NCBI RefSeq assembly: GCF_006345805.1
Contig: NC_042997.1
Span: 120,962,001 to 121,026,000, forward strand
Length of the DNA stretch: 64,000 nt
From: Octopus sinensis
Lineage: Eukaryota
Direction of reading: 5' to 3'
A model generated the notes under the pieces. It worked only from the letters and a program-made list of their open reading frames with translations. It made no database searches and was not told where the DNA came from. Shown here one piece after another: positions 1-12,125 of the stretch (its first letter is position 1; each line of letters starts with the position of its first letter). Made by a program: the position numbers and the translations under genes.

Positions 1-52
<52 letters not shown>

Positions 53-498
53 TGTGTGAGAGAGCAGTGCATGCCATCAAAGTGACACTGGGGTAAAATA
101 TACGAAGCTGAATATACCCATCATGACTACCCGTCTGATAAGGGTACACTAGGCACATGCATCACTACCAAATGTGCGCGACATGGTGATCTCATATCAA
201 GTTAAACAGCGCATGAGCTTCCAGGTGGGGTCCAGTTAGAATTTACTTCTGGTCAAATAATCCATCCCACTCAAAAGGTCCTTGAATAAGGATTGTTTAA
301 GGATGTTTAACGAACCAACCATGTTTCCAAAGTGAATTATCCAAACCTCCAAGAATTCCTTTCAACATACGACTATGATGCTCCCCCACTACTTCTGCTC
401 ATGATCAGAGATGCACATATCGTCAGCCACTAAGGGACATGTTCAACTGTTTAATGCCAAACACATGACAAGGAACTGTTAAGGACAAACAAGTGACA
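53..498 (-). mobile_element. Non-coding (TAA)n-associated interspersed element, 5'-truncated copy
   Basis: Homologous to copies at 9055, 9676, 33401 and 38624. Its 3' end (…gcatgcactgctctctcac on minus) abuts the (TAT)n tract at 1-52. Confidence 0.8.
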
Positions 499-1312
499 AG
501 TTTCTCCTTTCGTTCTACCAGTCAAAGATTACATGACAAATCTAATCTCCGCATTTGTTTCGATCTTCTCTTGAGTGTCCCACTGCTTGTTATACCGTGA
601 GGTTCCTCTGTCTAAGCCTTTGAAAAAACAAGTAGGTTTCTTCATCGAGTCAGCCTTCTACTAATAGCAAAACACGAACTGCTGCTGCTGCAGTGTATTG
701 ATTACGTTAAGCTTTTCTGTAAATAACAGAATTCTGAGCGGCAAGATATCGAAATATATGTGAGCACGTGGTGCTCATTTTTATGCTATATTTATTTTTC
801 TAGCACACGAAGGAAACTAATTTTCTTTGGTTTTAAAGATGCATTTGGCGGTAATTGCAAACTAATAAATATATGAATAGTGTATTGCACATATGCCCGG
901 CAGGTAGGTTTTTGGAATAACTGTTTTATTTATTATTCATATCCGTATACACTCTAGAATTATAAAAGGGCTCTAGCTTCACAAGGAATGAAAATGTCTT
1001 CCTTTATGTGACTATATGATGATACTGACGCTCTATACTAACCGCATCACGGGAGTCATTTTTCGACCTATATGTGTCACGCTGTTTGAACAAAGATTTG
1101 CTCCTTAAAAGTAATTCCCACCTCTAAAATAACAAGATTCTGTATACAATTCCATCCTACTTAAAATGTATTTTGTATTGAATTTTGAAGAAAGAAAGAA
1201 TTGCATCTAAGCATAAACAGTAAACAAAGCACTGCTGCCCTCGGGCCGTATAATAAACAAACTATCTTCGCTTACTTCCTTCTACATTTTATTAATTCTG
1301 TGGCGCGTAGGA

Positions 1313-1316
1313 TTAC

Positions 1317-1372
<56 letters not shown>

Positions 1373-1401
1373 ACATCATCATCATCATCATCATCATCAG
1401 G

Positions 1402-1456
<55 letters not shown>

Positions 1457-1457
1457 T
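1313..1457. repeat. (CAT)n(TAT)n compound microsatellite
   Basis: Direct reading. Confidence 0.95.
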
Positions 1458-1700
1458 TCCGTCTTTCTTCACATTTTATTTCGTTTCTCGCCGAGGGTTT
1501 TCCGTACACCAAGGGCAGAGGAGCTCATTGTATGCATTCCCAGATTACACACGCAAATTCACAGATAAAATAAGTATTTAAAAAATTATTAAATAAATAA
1601 TTCATGAATGGATGTTGTTTTTACAGCGATAATGCTCTTCTCAGTACATGAGTCGTTCCAGTTAACACGATGTTTTGCACCTCCTGTAGTGAAGTGAAAA
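1455..1700 (-). mobile_element. 3' fragment of an R4/Dong LINE (related to family 2)
   Basis: Minus strand encodes SLQEVQNIVLTGTTHVLRRALSL*, matching the C-terminus of the copy at 8203. The 3'UTR (…ccctcggcgagaaacg…) ends in (TAA)n. Confidence 0.8.
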
Positions 1701-1715
1701 AAATTATTATTATTA

Positions 1716-1789
<74 letters not shown>

Positions 1790-4700
1790 CAGTAGTTTTA
1801 TTTTAATAGCGTGCTTTCGTTTCACTACAGAGCGCAGCTCTGTGTGCCTTGGGTATGTGCTGTGATTTGTTGTGATGCTCTGATGGTTATTGTATGGAAA
1901 GTGTTCTGCGTAGGATGTGTGCAGTGCCTAGTAGTGCAATTTTCTGTATGTTATATGTGTTTGTAAGTCCTGGTGTTTTTCTTATGTATTTGTCTGAATA
2001 TTTTTTTCATCATGCCTAATGCACCTACTATGATAGGAATTGTTTCTGCTTTCAGATTCCACATTCTAGTTACCTCTATTTCCAGGTCTTTGTATTTTGA
2101 GAGTTTCTCCATTTCTTTTAGAGACACGTTGTCATCAGCCGGTAATGATATATCAATTAGAAAGCATTTTTTTTCTTCATGATCTCTGACAACTATATCT
2201 GGTCTGTTGGCCTTAATTTCTCTATCTGTGTGTATCGGCATATCCCAGAGTATGGTTGCTTTCTCGTTTTCTGTGACCTTTTCTGGTGTGTGCCTATACC
2301 ATCTTTTTTCTGTTGTTATTCCATAATGTTGGCATAGCTTCCAATGTATGTAGGTTCCAACTCTGTCATGTCTGTGAATATATTCCTTCTTAGCCAGGAC
2401 TGGTCAGCTAGAGATAATATGATTTATTGTTTCTTGTCCATCTCCACAAATTCTGCAGTTACTTGTAATATTTCTTTTCATTATATGTTTTTGGTAATTT
2501 CTGGTGGGGAGGCTTTGGTCTTGTGCTGCAATTAAAAATCCCTCTGTCTCTGCTTTGAGTCCTGAGCTTCTCAACCATTGCTGGGATTTTTCTTTGTCTA
2601 TTTCTTTTGCGTTTAGTTTAGTCCAGTATTTACCATGAAGGGGCTTTTCTTGCCATCGTTTTATCATGGTTCGTTGCTGTTCTATTTTTAGTTTGGATTT
2701 CATTTGTTTTATAGCTTTTGTTGTTTCTTCATCTTCTTCGTCTTCATGTTTATTAGGTGGTATGATTTCTTGTTTGTATTTGTCAGCTTCCTTAAATACT
2801 GAGAACAGTTTTTTGTTTTGCTCGTGTTTTGCTGCTATCTGGATCAGTTTTCCTTCCTTCTGAAGTAGATATTTTTGCAGTCCTATGGTGGTTATTTTAT
2901 AGTAGTTTTCCAGCTGTATAAGGCCTCTACCACCTTCTATACGTTGTATATATAGTCTTTCTATGTCAGATTTTGGGTGATGCATCCTAGATCCTGTCAT
3001 TATTTTTCTTGTTTTCCTATCTATTTTGGTCAGTTCATTTCGTGTCCAGTTAAGGATATTGTAGCTGTAACTTATAACTTGGACAGCTAAAGTGTTGATA
3101 CCTATTATCTTGTTTTTGGCATTGAGCTCTGTGTTTAGTATTGATCTAACTCGTCTTTAATATTCTTTTTTTATTTTCTCTTTCATTTGTGTGTGTTGTG
3201 TCTTATCTAGTTCATGGATTCCTAAGTATTTGTAAGTTTGGCTTTGGTCTAATTCTTTTATTTCATTGGTTTTATCTAGTGTGATGTTGTTACTCTTAAC
3301 TAGTTTTCCTCTTTTCATGGTTACTTTGGCGCGTTTTTCTAATCCAAATTTCATATCTATTTCTTTGGTAAATCCATGAACTGTCTTTAATAGTGTTTCC
3401 AGCTGTTTGTCATTTGCAGCGTATAGTTTTAGGTCATCCATATATAAAATGTGGTTGACCGTTTTGCCGTAACATTTATATCCGCATCCAGTTCTATTTA
3501 GCATATCAGATAGAGGTGACAGTGCCAAGCAGAAAAGGAGTGGAGAGAGCGTGTCTCCCTGGAATATTCCTCTTCTAATGGGGATGTCTTTGGTTTTCAT
3601 GAGTCCCTCTTTTGTTTGGAGGTGTAGGACTGTTTGCCATTTATTCATAGAGTGCTCTATGAATTTTATGATTGTTGGTGCTACTTTGTTAATGGCTAGT
3701 GTTTCGAGGATCCATGTGTGGGGGATGCTATCAAACGCCTTTTTGTAGTCAATCTAGGACATACTGAGGCCTTTCTTCTTTCTGTGGCTGTCATCAGTTA
3801 TGGCTTTATTAATCATTAGTTGATCTTTACAGCCATATGAGCCTTCTGCTCTTCTGGGAACAGTTTGTTTTCGTCCAGGTGCTTGTTCAGCCTTTGTGAT
3901 ATCACTGCAGTAAATGCCTTGAACATAGTAGGGAGGCAGGTTATTGGTCTGTAGTTTTCTGGTTTTTCTGTTTCATTTGATTTGGGAATTAAGATGGTTT
4001 CCCCTTCGTGAGCCATTCAGGCATTGTCTCTGGCTCTGCTAGTACTTTGTTAAAGTTTTCAGCCAGCTTTTTGTGCATTCCTGTTAGATATTTCAACCAG
4101 AAGTTGGGGATCTCGTCATGCCCAGGTGCCTTCCAGTTGCTTAGTCTTTGCAGTGCCTGGGTGACCTCTTCAGTTGTTATGGGGGTCCAAAGTTGTTCAG
4201 ATGCCGAGTTTGTTATTCTGATACTCCTTTTTTTCGGTGGTTTGTTCGCCGACCATATTTCTCCCGAGAATTCTTCCAATTCTTCTGCCGTTGGTGCTGC
4301 AGTGACTTCTATTTTATTTTTTCCCAGTTCTTGGTAGAACTTTTTGGGGTTAGAGTTGAACTTTTTGTTTTCTTCAAAGAAGCGTTGGCGTTTCTTGTAC
4401 CGGCGGATCCTTTGTGCTTTGGCAAGGATATCTTGCTTCAGCTTTTCTTTTATTTCAGGCAAATATTTCTCTGTGATGTTATATTTGCGGAGTATTTTTG
4501 TTCTCTTTTTGTTGCTCAGTAGCGTTGATTGTTTGCTGATTTCATTAAGAATCGACAGGTCTTTTCTAATTTTTTTTATTTTGCTTTGGATGTTATTTAT
4601 CCACAGGCTTTGTTTGGGTGGTGGTACTCCTGTTTGGACGGGTTTGGGTGAGTATCCAGCTTCTTTTGTGGCTGCAGTGGCTGCTGCGTATATTAGGTTA

Positions 4701-5510
4701 TTTAGCTCAGTGATATCACTTTTTTTTTATTCAGTGGCTATCAGTTCAGTGACGGCTAGGTTTATGCTGTTTATAATAGGTGTTGTTATTTTGTTTATTT
4801 TGATTCTTGGGAGGTATGGTCGGTGGTCCATTTTGAGCTCTGTGTTTTTCAGTTCTTTGATTATTTTATTTTTTATATTATCATAATCATTAGGCTCCCC
4901 TTCGTTGTTTACATCGTGTTTGTTGGGAATGTTGCGTTTGTCTTCGTGTTTTACAGTTTCAGTGTTTATATTATTGGGCATTGTTGTGTGGCTTCTATCT
5001 ACATTTTCCTGGTGTATGTTTTCTTTTAGATGTTCTATTTCTATTTCTGATATTTTTTTTGTGTTGAGAATGTATCTTCGTACGTTAGCTAATTTATTAG
5101 GGTTCATTGCTGTATCCAAGTCTATATCTCTATTATTTTCCTTCCATATTTTATATGTATGTGTTGTTGTATTTTCATTTTTTGGGTAGAGTATTGCTGT
5201 GAAGTATGCGTGTAAGATAGAAATGTATTCCTCACGTGTCCATTTACGTCTTTTGGGTTTTATTTGCGGGACATGAGGTACAACGTCCGGCCCATTATTT
5301 TGACGGTCGTCATTTTCGTAGGGTACCGGTCCGTTTATTTCTGTTGTCACATTATTTCGCACGTGTAGTTTTTCGTACATTTTTTGTTGTAAGTTTAATG
5401 TACGTACCGCTCGATTGTTATTCTTGGGTTGAATAGTATCGGTGGCATTTAATTTCTTCATAGTTCCTTTGTACATGGTGTTTGGGGTCGGGGATGATCG
5501 TGATGTTCCT
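1790..5510 (-). mobile_element. Near full-length R4/Dong-clade non-LTR retrotransposon (family 1), flanked by (TAA)n on both sides
   Basis: Ordered ORF pieces on minus: N-terminal KRRKWTREEY…KLANVRR domain (4727-5578), linker (3989-4462), RT, CCHC finger, REL endonuclease. 3'UTR ends at (TAA)n 1705-1790; 5' end abuts (ATT)n 5512-5575. Confidence 0.92.
1951..5456 (-). pseudogene. Disrupted RT-REL polyprotein of Dong/R4 family 1
   Basis: Motifs NYRPITCLPT, S*IDYKKAFDSIPH (W->stop), GIFQGDTLSPLLF, YMDD, YKYLG, CRICG…HIISS* (C->stop), RHD, RPDIV…FLID…K..KY. Several stops and frameshifts. Confidence 0.9.
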
Positions 5511-5511
5511 A

Positions 5512-5567
<56 letters not shown>

Positions 5568-5881
5568 GTTATCATCATTTCGTTTTGTATTTGCTTTGCA
5601 AGATAATGTATGTGAAATCGTGTATTTATAATGTCTGGAGAGAGTCATTCTCCTTTAGTGCATTATTAATTTAACACACTCGCCGGACTGATTTCCACTC
5701 ATTTACTTAATTTTACCAAAATTTGTCGTTGCGTCACACATTTTCAATAGTCGTTGATTTTTTTCGTTATCGGAACTGCAATTTTCCGTTTTGTGGGAGC
5801 ATGCGTGTGCGTCAGTTTGCGAGCGCATACACACATGCATGTATGTATGCCTGTGTTTGCATGCATGTATGAGTATATGCC

Positions 5882-5922
<41 letters not shown>

Positions 5923-6022
5923 CTGTTTGTAAGTATGTATTTATTTATGTATGTGTGTATGCATATGTGTATATGTGTACACTTATATGTGCGTGTATGA
6001 AATCGTATACATATGTCTATGC

Positions 6023-6074
<52 letters not shown>

Positions 6075-7031
6075 ACTAGGCATGGGTGCACGTTTTTATA
6101 TATGTATGTATTCTGAATATCAACGTGCTTGTGTGTTCATGTTTGTGTGTGTGTTTGTATGTTTGGTTTTGCGTAGTTGTGTTTATATTTTTGTGTTTGT
6201 ATGCGTGTGTATGTGTGTGTGCATCTACATATATGTGTATTTGTGTGTGTCTCTGTATCCATGTGTGTGCATGCTTGTGTGTGTCTCTGTATGGACATGT
6301 GAGACTATGAAACTACAGGTATTGGGGTAGAAAAAATAAATAAGTTAATGAGGGAAAAAGAAAAGAGGGAGTGAGAGAAAAAGAGGATAAGTTGAAGAGT
6401 GAAGCAAAAAGAGAGAGAGAGACAAGAAAAGAGGGAGAGTGAAAAAACATAGAGTGAAGGTTCCATGACATGTGGAAGTGGCAAGGTAATATTTATTACG
6501 TGGTTAAATATTTATTTGAAGATAGTGATATAGAGGAAAGTTAGGAATATAACTTTAGCAGAGGGGTGATGTTCTGAAGGTAAGATTAAAGACAGAGGGA
6601 GACAGTGGGGAGAGAGAAAACAGAGAGAGAGAGAGAGAGAGATGATGGTGGTGGTGATGTTGGTGGTGGTAGTATTGTGGTGGTTGTGGAGATTGCGATG
6701 GTGACTGCATAGCGAATTTCTTTTTCTGTCAACTAAAACTGAACGCATTTGCATCCCAAACTCGCTATTAACTTTAGAAGGAAGCCATTTTCCTGTTCGC
6801 CTGTCAAGCGCAAAGGCTATCAATAAATTGTAAGGGGAGACGTTTGATACAGTGGAGATGTTCTTGCTTGAACCTGCATGCGGGCACAATTAACAATATA
6901 TTGCATACTCAACGGCTCGCAAATTATTGAATTTGAGAGTTAAAGTTTTCAACACTGACAAACGCAGGAAAAGAATGGGGAGAACTTACTCGAAGAAGAT
7001 ATTCTGCAAAGAGGTATTGGATAGAAAGATG

Positions 7032-7421
7032 TACTCTTTTACTTGTTTCAGTCATCTGACTGCGGCCATGCTGGAGCACCGGCTGTATTCGAGCGAATCG
7101 ACACCAGGACTCATTCTTTGTAAGCCTAGTAATTATTCTACCGGTTTCTTTTGCCGAACCGCTACGTTAAAGGGCCGTAAACACACCAGCATTGGTTTTC
7201 AAGCAATATTAGGGGGGGGGCAGACACAGACACACACATATATACATATACATATATAGGACGGGCTTCTTTCAGTTTCCGTCTACCAAGTCCACCCACT
7301 AGGCTTTGGTCGGCTCGAGGCTATAGTAGAAGATACTTGCCCGAGGTGCCACGCAGTGAGACTGAACCCAGATCCATGTGGTTGGTAAAGAAGCCACTTA
7401 CCACACAGCCACTTCTGCGCC
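7032..7421 (-). mobile_element. tRNA-derived SINE family 1 (CORE-like centre)
   Basis: Reverse complement of the 55737 copy: A/B-box head, cctcgggcaagtatctt, internal (TG/TA)n, tail gaaacaagtaaaagagta. Confidence 0.88.
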
Positions 7422-7884
7422 TATAATGTAAGCAAATTATAGTCTGAACCCATCGCCTTGGCTGAAAACCAGTGATGTGGTTTTCAGATTATGCTTTTTT
7501 GTATTAAATTTTTAACCTCATGAAATTGTGACGCATATATTTTACATATAAAATATTTTTTTTTCTAGAAATGAAATTTTGACCATGTATACTTTAAAAT
7601 GTAAACGTTTCTGTTTATGGGCAAAATGGATGAATAAGTATGATTTTATGAGTGGTGTGTATTAAATCTATAAACTTCTGCATAAAGTATATATGTATAT
7701 GTAAGGTGTAGTAAGTAATCATCATATTCCAATTTCCTTCACTTTTCAATGAATAAAAGATGTGCGGCTGACTTTTGATACACATACAACACAGTATACG
7801 CTTTCAAGTTTTTAGATAAACTTCTCAGGAATAAATCAATAGGTTTACTATTAAATCCGTGAAATATTCCCGTGCCCCGCTAGT

Positions 7885-7885
7885 T

Positions 7886-7932
<47 letters not shown>

Positions 7933-8030
7933 CATCATCGTCATCGTCATCATCGTCATCGTCGTCGTCGTCGTCGTCATCATCATCAGCATCATCATCA
8001 TCATTATTATTATTATTATTATTATTACTT
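7885..8030. repeat. (CAT/CGT/TAT)n compound microsatellite
   Basis: Direct reading. Confidence 0.95.
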
Positions 8031-8897
8031 TTTTTTCTTCTTTCAAATTTTCTTCCATTTCTTGCCGAGTGTCTTCCCGACTCCTAGGGCAAAGAAACTC
8101 ATAGTGTATATTGGTAGGCCATTAAACCAAACTCAGTAGTTCGTTCATTTTTTTTATTATTTTTTTTTTAGTTAAATTAAAATACATGAGCAGCAACAGT
8201 TCTCACATCGACAATGCTCTTCTCAATACGTGTGATGTACCAGTTAAGACAATCTTTTGCACTTCTTGCAGGGATGGTAAGCCAGGGATCATTCTCATAT
8301 AATTTTCGGTTCCCTTCTTGATCATTCCTAGTGCTCCTACGATCACTGGTAGTGTAACCGCCTTGAGATGCCACATTTTCTCAATTTCAATGAGTAGGTC
8401 TTTATATTTTCTGAGCTTGTCAAACTCTTTCGCTGAGATATTATGATCACAAGGGATGCTCATGTCGATCAATAAGCAAACTTTATTGTTTTGGTCTTTC
8501 ACAACAATATCTGGTTTATTGGCCTTGATGGTTCGGTCTGTATGTACTGGAAAGTCCCACAGAATGGTTACATTTTCTCCTTCAGTTACAGCCTCAGGGT
8601 GGTGATTATACCACTTGTCGGCAGTTTTGATATTGTAATGCCGACTTATTAGCCAGTGGAGATATTGGCCAACTCTGTCATGTCTTAATTTATACTCCAC
8701 TGGGGCTAAGACTTTACATCCAGAGATTAGGTCGTCCACTGTTTCAATCATGTCGTTGCAGAATCGGCATTTTGGGTCTGCTCCATTTTTCATCACATTG
8801 GCCTGGTAGTTCCGGGTTGATAGGCTTTGGTCTTGAGCAGCCAGGATGAAACCTTCGCTCTCTGCTTTTAGCCCTGAGCTCCGCAGCCACTGATGGG
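8031..8897 (-). mobile_element. 5'-truncated R4/Dong LINE family 2 (zinc finger + REL + 3'UTR)
   Basis: C-terminal part of ORF 8203..9288: HQWLRSSGLKAESEG…CRFC…RHDRVG…KPDIVV…LID…K..KY…VLRRALSM*. Nearly identical to 37370-38205. Confidence 0.92.
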
Positions 8898-8935
8898 TAT
8901 TATTATTATTATTATTATTATTTTTATTTTTAGTA

Positions 8936-9047
<112 letters not shown>

Positions 9048-9054
9048 TATTATT

Positions 9055-9540
9055 GAAAGAGAGAGCAACGCATGCCATAAAAGTGAAACTAAGGAATAAA
9101 CTTATGAAGCCCAATATACCCATCATGACTACACGTCTGATGAGGGTATAACAGACACATGCACATGACCATGTGCGCGAAAGTTTGATCTCATACCTCA
9201 TCCCGCTCAAAAAGTCCATGAATAAGGGTTGTTTAAGGATTATGAGCAAAACACCCATGCTTCCAAAGGTGAATTTTTCAAATCCCAAAGAATTCTTCTC
9301 AACACAAGGCTATGATTCTTTCCCATTCTCTCTGCTCGTGATCAGCGATGCATATATCATCAGTCACTAAGGGACAGGATCAATTGGTTAAGGTCAAGCA
9401 ACTGACAAGCAATCTGTGGTATAGAGCAGAATATTTTTTGCTGTAGCACATCTTTTATACTAACAGAAAACATGAACATAACACTTCCTAACATTTACGA
9501 TCCGCAGCCATGTGAACCACTACTGGTATTCCATCAGGCA
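9055..9540 (-). mobile_element. Non-coding (TAA)n-associated element, internally deleted copy
   Basis: Homologous to 38624-39161; trinucleotide microsatellites on both sides. Confidence 0.85.
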
Positions 9541-9606
<66 letters not shown>

Positions 9607-9631
9607 TATTATTATTATTATTATTATTATT

Positions 9632-9669
<38 letters not shown>

Positions 9670-9675
9670 TATTAT

Positions 9676-10162
9676 TGAAAGAGAGAGCAACGCATGCCAT
9701 AAAAGTGAAACTAGGGAATAAACTTATGAAGCCCAATATACCCATCATGACTACACGTCTGATGAGGGTATAACAGACACATGCACATGACCATGTGCGC
9801 GAAAGTTTGATCTCATACCTCATCCGCTCAAAAAGTCCATGAATAAGGGTTGTTTAAGGATTATGAGCAAAACACCCATGCTTCCAAAGGTGAATTTTTC
9901 AAATCCCAAAGAATTCTTCTCAACACAAGGCTATGATTCTTTCCCATTCTCTCTGCTCGTGATCAGCGATGCATATATCATCAGTCACTAAGGGACAGGA
10001 TCAATTGGTTAAGGTCAAGCAACTGACAAGCAAATCTGTGGTATAGAGCAGAATATTTTTTGCTGTAGCACATCTTTTATACTAACAGAAAACATGAACA
10101 TAACACTTCCTAACATTTACGATCCGCAGCCATGTGAACCACTACTGGTATTCCATCAGGCA
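9676..10162 (-). mobile_element. Tandem duplicate of the 9055-9540 copy
   Basis: Near-identical sequence about 620 bp downstream. Confidence 0.85.
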
Positions 10163-10232
<70 letters not shown>

Positions 10233-10240
10233 CATCATCA

Positions 10241-10271
<31 letters not shown>

Positions 10272-10275
10272 CATC

Positions 10276-10325
<50 letters not shown>

Positions 10326-10364
10326 CATCATCATCATCATTATTATTATTATTATTATTATTAT

Positions 10365-10406
<42 letters not shown>

Positions 10407-10426
10407 CATCGTCATTATTATTCTTT

Positions 10427-10700
10427 TTCTTCAAAGAGCGCTCGGTCTAGTTTGCTATGGTAGATTCTGTGTGAGCGGACAGCAAACTGATCTCTTTCGC
10501 ACATTATACGCTTTGACAGTTGTTGAATACAGCAGAAGCCAGTCTCAAAACTCTAGCTGTTACCAGCAGAGCTGTTGTTTGCGCTTGTTCTGCTCACATG
10601 TTAATTCCAATTTCTCTAACATTTTTCTCACATTTGGTCGTTATTGTTCCGAGTTCCCCGTAAAACTACTGGTATTATACACACTCTGATCATAGACCAC
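10427..10700 (-). mobile_element. 3' fragment of a further R4/Dong family
   Basis: Minus strand, with one frameshift, reads VCIIPVVL/GELGTITTKCEKNVREIGINM*AEQAQTTALLVTARVLR (REL C-terminus). The 3'UTR ends at the microsatellite near 10420. Confidence 0.75.
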
Positions 10701-11731
10701 ATTCTTGCAATTTCCTCTTTTAGTAATCTGTACTTTTCATTCTTTTCTACCTGTTTGTCACTTATAAATATCGTTATTACAGGTTTATCAACTTACATCT
10801 GATCACAGTTACTTGTAATCTTGGAATTGCGTGTTTTTTTTTTATCTTAGGTAGAGAACATTATGTTATATGTATGTAAGGACTAATAATGGTATTTTAA
10901 TTGTAATGTGTATGCGTGTAGGTCCAAAATATACATTTACCGTTTTTCATAATTTTCTTTTCTATTGTCATGTAATAGTTCTAACTAAATTTAGCTTTCA
11001 ATTCCTCATTTGCTTCTGTCAAATTTTCTATATGGAATTCCGCTTGCATCCGAAATATAAGTTTTTTTTTTCTTTATACGCAATAAATATTGATACAAGT
11101 GTTAGCATCATATTTCACATCCCCATTTCGAATGTATTTTTAAAAGGGCTTCTTGTATTGTAACTGTATATTTCTTTCTTTCGAAGTAAGAGTTACTTCA
11201 GGCTCAGAGGCATGTTTTGCAATATTGAAGACGGAACAGTATTTATCTAGGTTTCATTAAGTGCACATGTATTCCTACAAGTGATGACTAATGTTTGTTT
11301 CTCTGAACATAATATCTGTTGAGCCGATCAAGACAGCATCCGAAGTCTACGTAAACAAATTAAGACAAAATCTGATTACAGTTTTTTTTTGTGTGTGTCA
11401 CTTAACACCTTTCATTTGTTTTCTTTTCCAATTTACACAGAATATTTGAAAAATTCTATTTTAACCATATGTATATCCAACTCCACTGTATCCATTGCAA
11501 ATATAGTAAACATGTGTCTGATAGGCTGGGTTACATTGTTTCCATGGCGTACAGGTAACCGTGATCACAACACTGCCTGCCCTTAAATGGGACATTAGTC
11601 TGTTGCTGGGTTCGAAACTCGCAATTTATTTTTCTCTAGCGAAATAATTGTCGTATTAATAATTCCTAAAATATTACCTACCTCTCTCTCACTCTCTCCA
11701 TCTCTCTCTCTCTCTCTCTCTCTGAATCTAT

Positions 11732-11807
<76 letters not shown>

Positions 11808-12125
11808 TTGAGTAGTTGAATGAATTATCTTATTAAGGATAATTCGAAAGATAACCAATACCTGGGTAGCAAATTCACATCAGAAAGAACACGGTTGAAG
11901 TTACGTCCCTAGGGCATAGACTACGTGCTTTCGGGCGGAAATTTGTATGTTTATTTTTGTGTGCATTTTGATGTCGACATAAGTTCCTTGCCTTTCCCGA
12001 TGAGAAATCTGCATAATGTACTCCTTATTCTTTCGGAATTAGGAATATGCAGCCTTCGAAACTATGACGAAAATAAAATAAATTTGTTAACAAGTCGTTC
12101 AACTCCATTCTTTCATAAACTTATA
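11808..12125 (+). mobile_element. Small hammerhead-bearing non-coding element (family A, copy 1) between (TA)n-rich tracts
   Basis: Shares the head (gaattatctt…), the pre-ribozyme block (tgtgcatttt…aagttcct) and the tail (gttcaactccatt) with 16963-17372. Confidence 0.75.
11993..12072 (+). ncRNA. Degenerate type I hammerhead ribozyme
   Basis: TTTC-CCGATGA-stem II (CTGCATA/TATGCAG)-GAAAC-TAT-GAC-GAAA. U4->C and U16.1->A relative to the consensus core. Confidence 0.6.

Noticed and set aside
1201-1825. ORFs with poly-I/Y/D/N tracts (also those at 5700-6330, 7825-8104, 9472-10450, 16353-16970, 36052-36693, 59076-59465 and others)
   Set aside because: They are translations of di- and trinucleotide microsatellites and show no domain evidence.
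9137-9182. CTGATGA…GAAA spacing in the passenger element, suggesting a hammerhead
   Set aside because: No stem II closing pairs or NUH site; other copies read CTGATAA and GACA at these positions.
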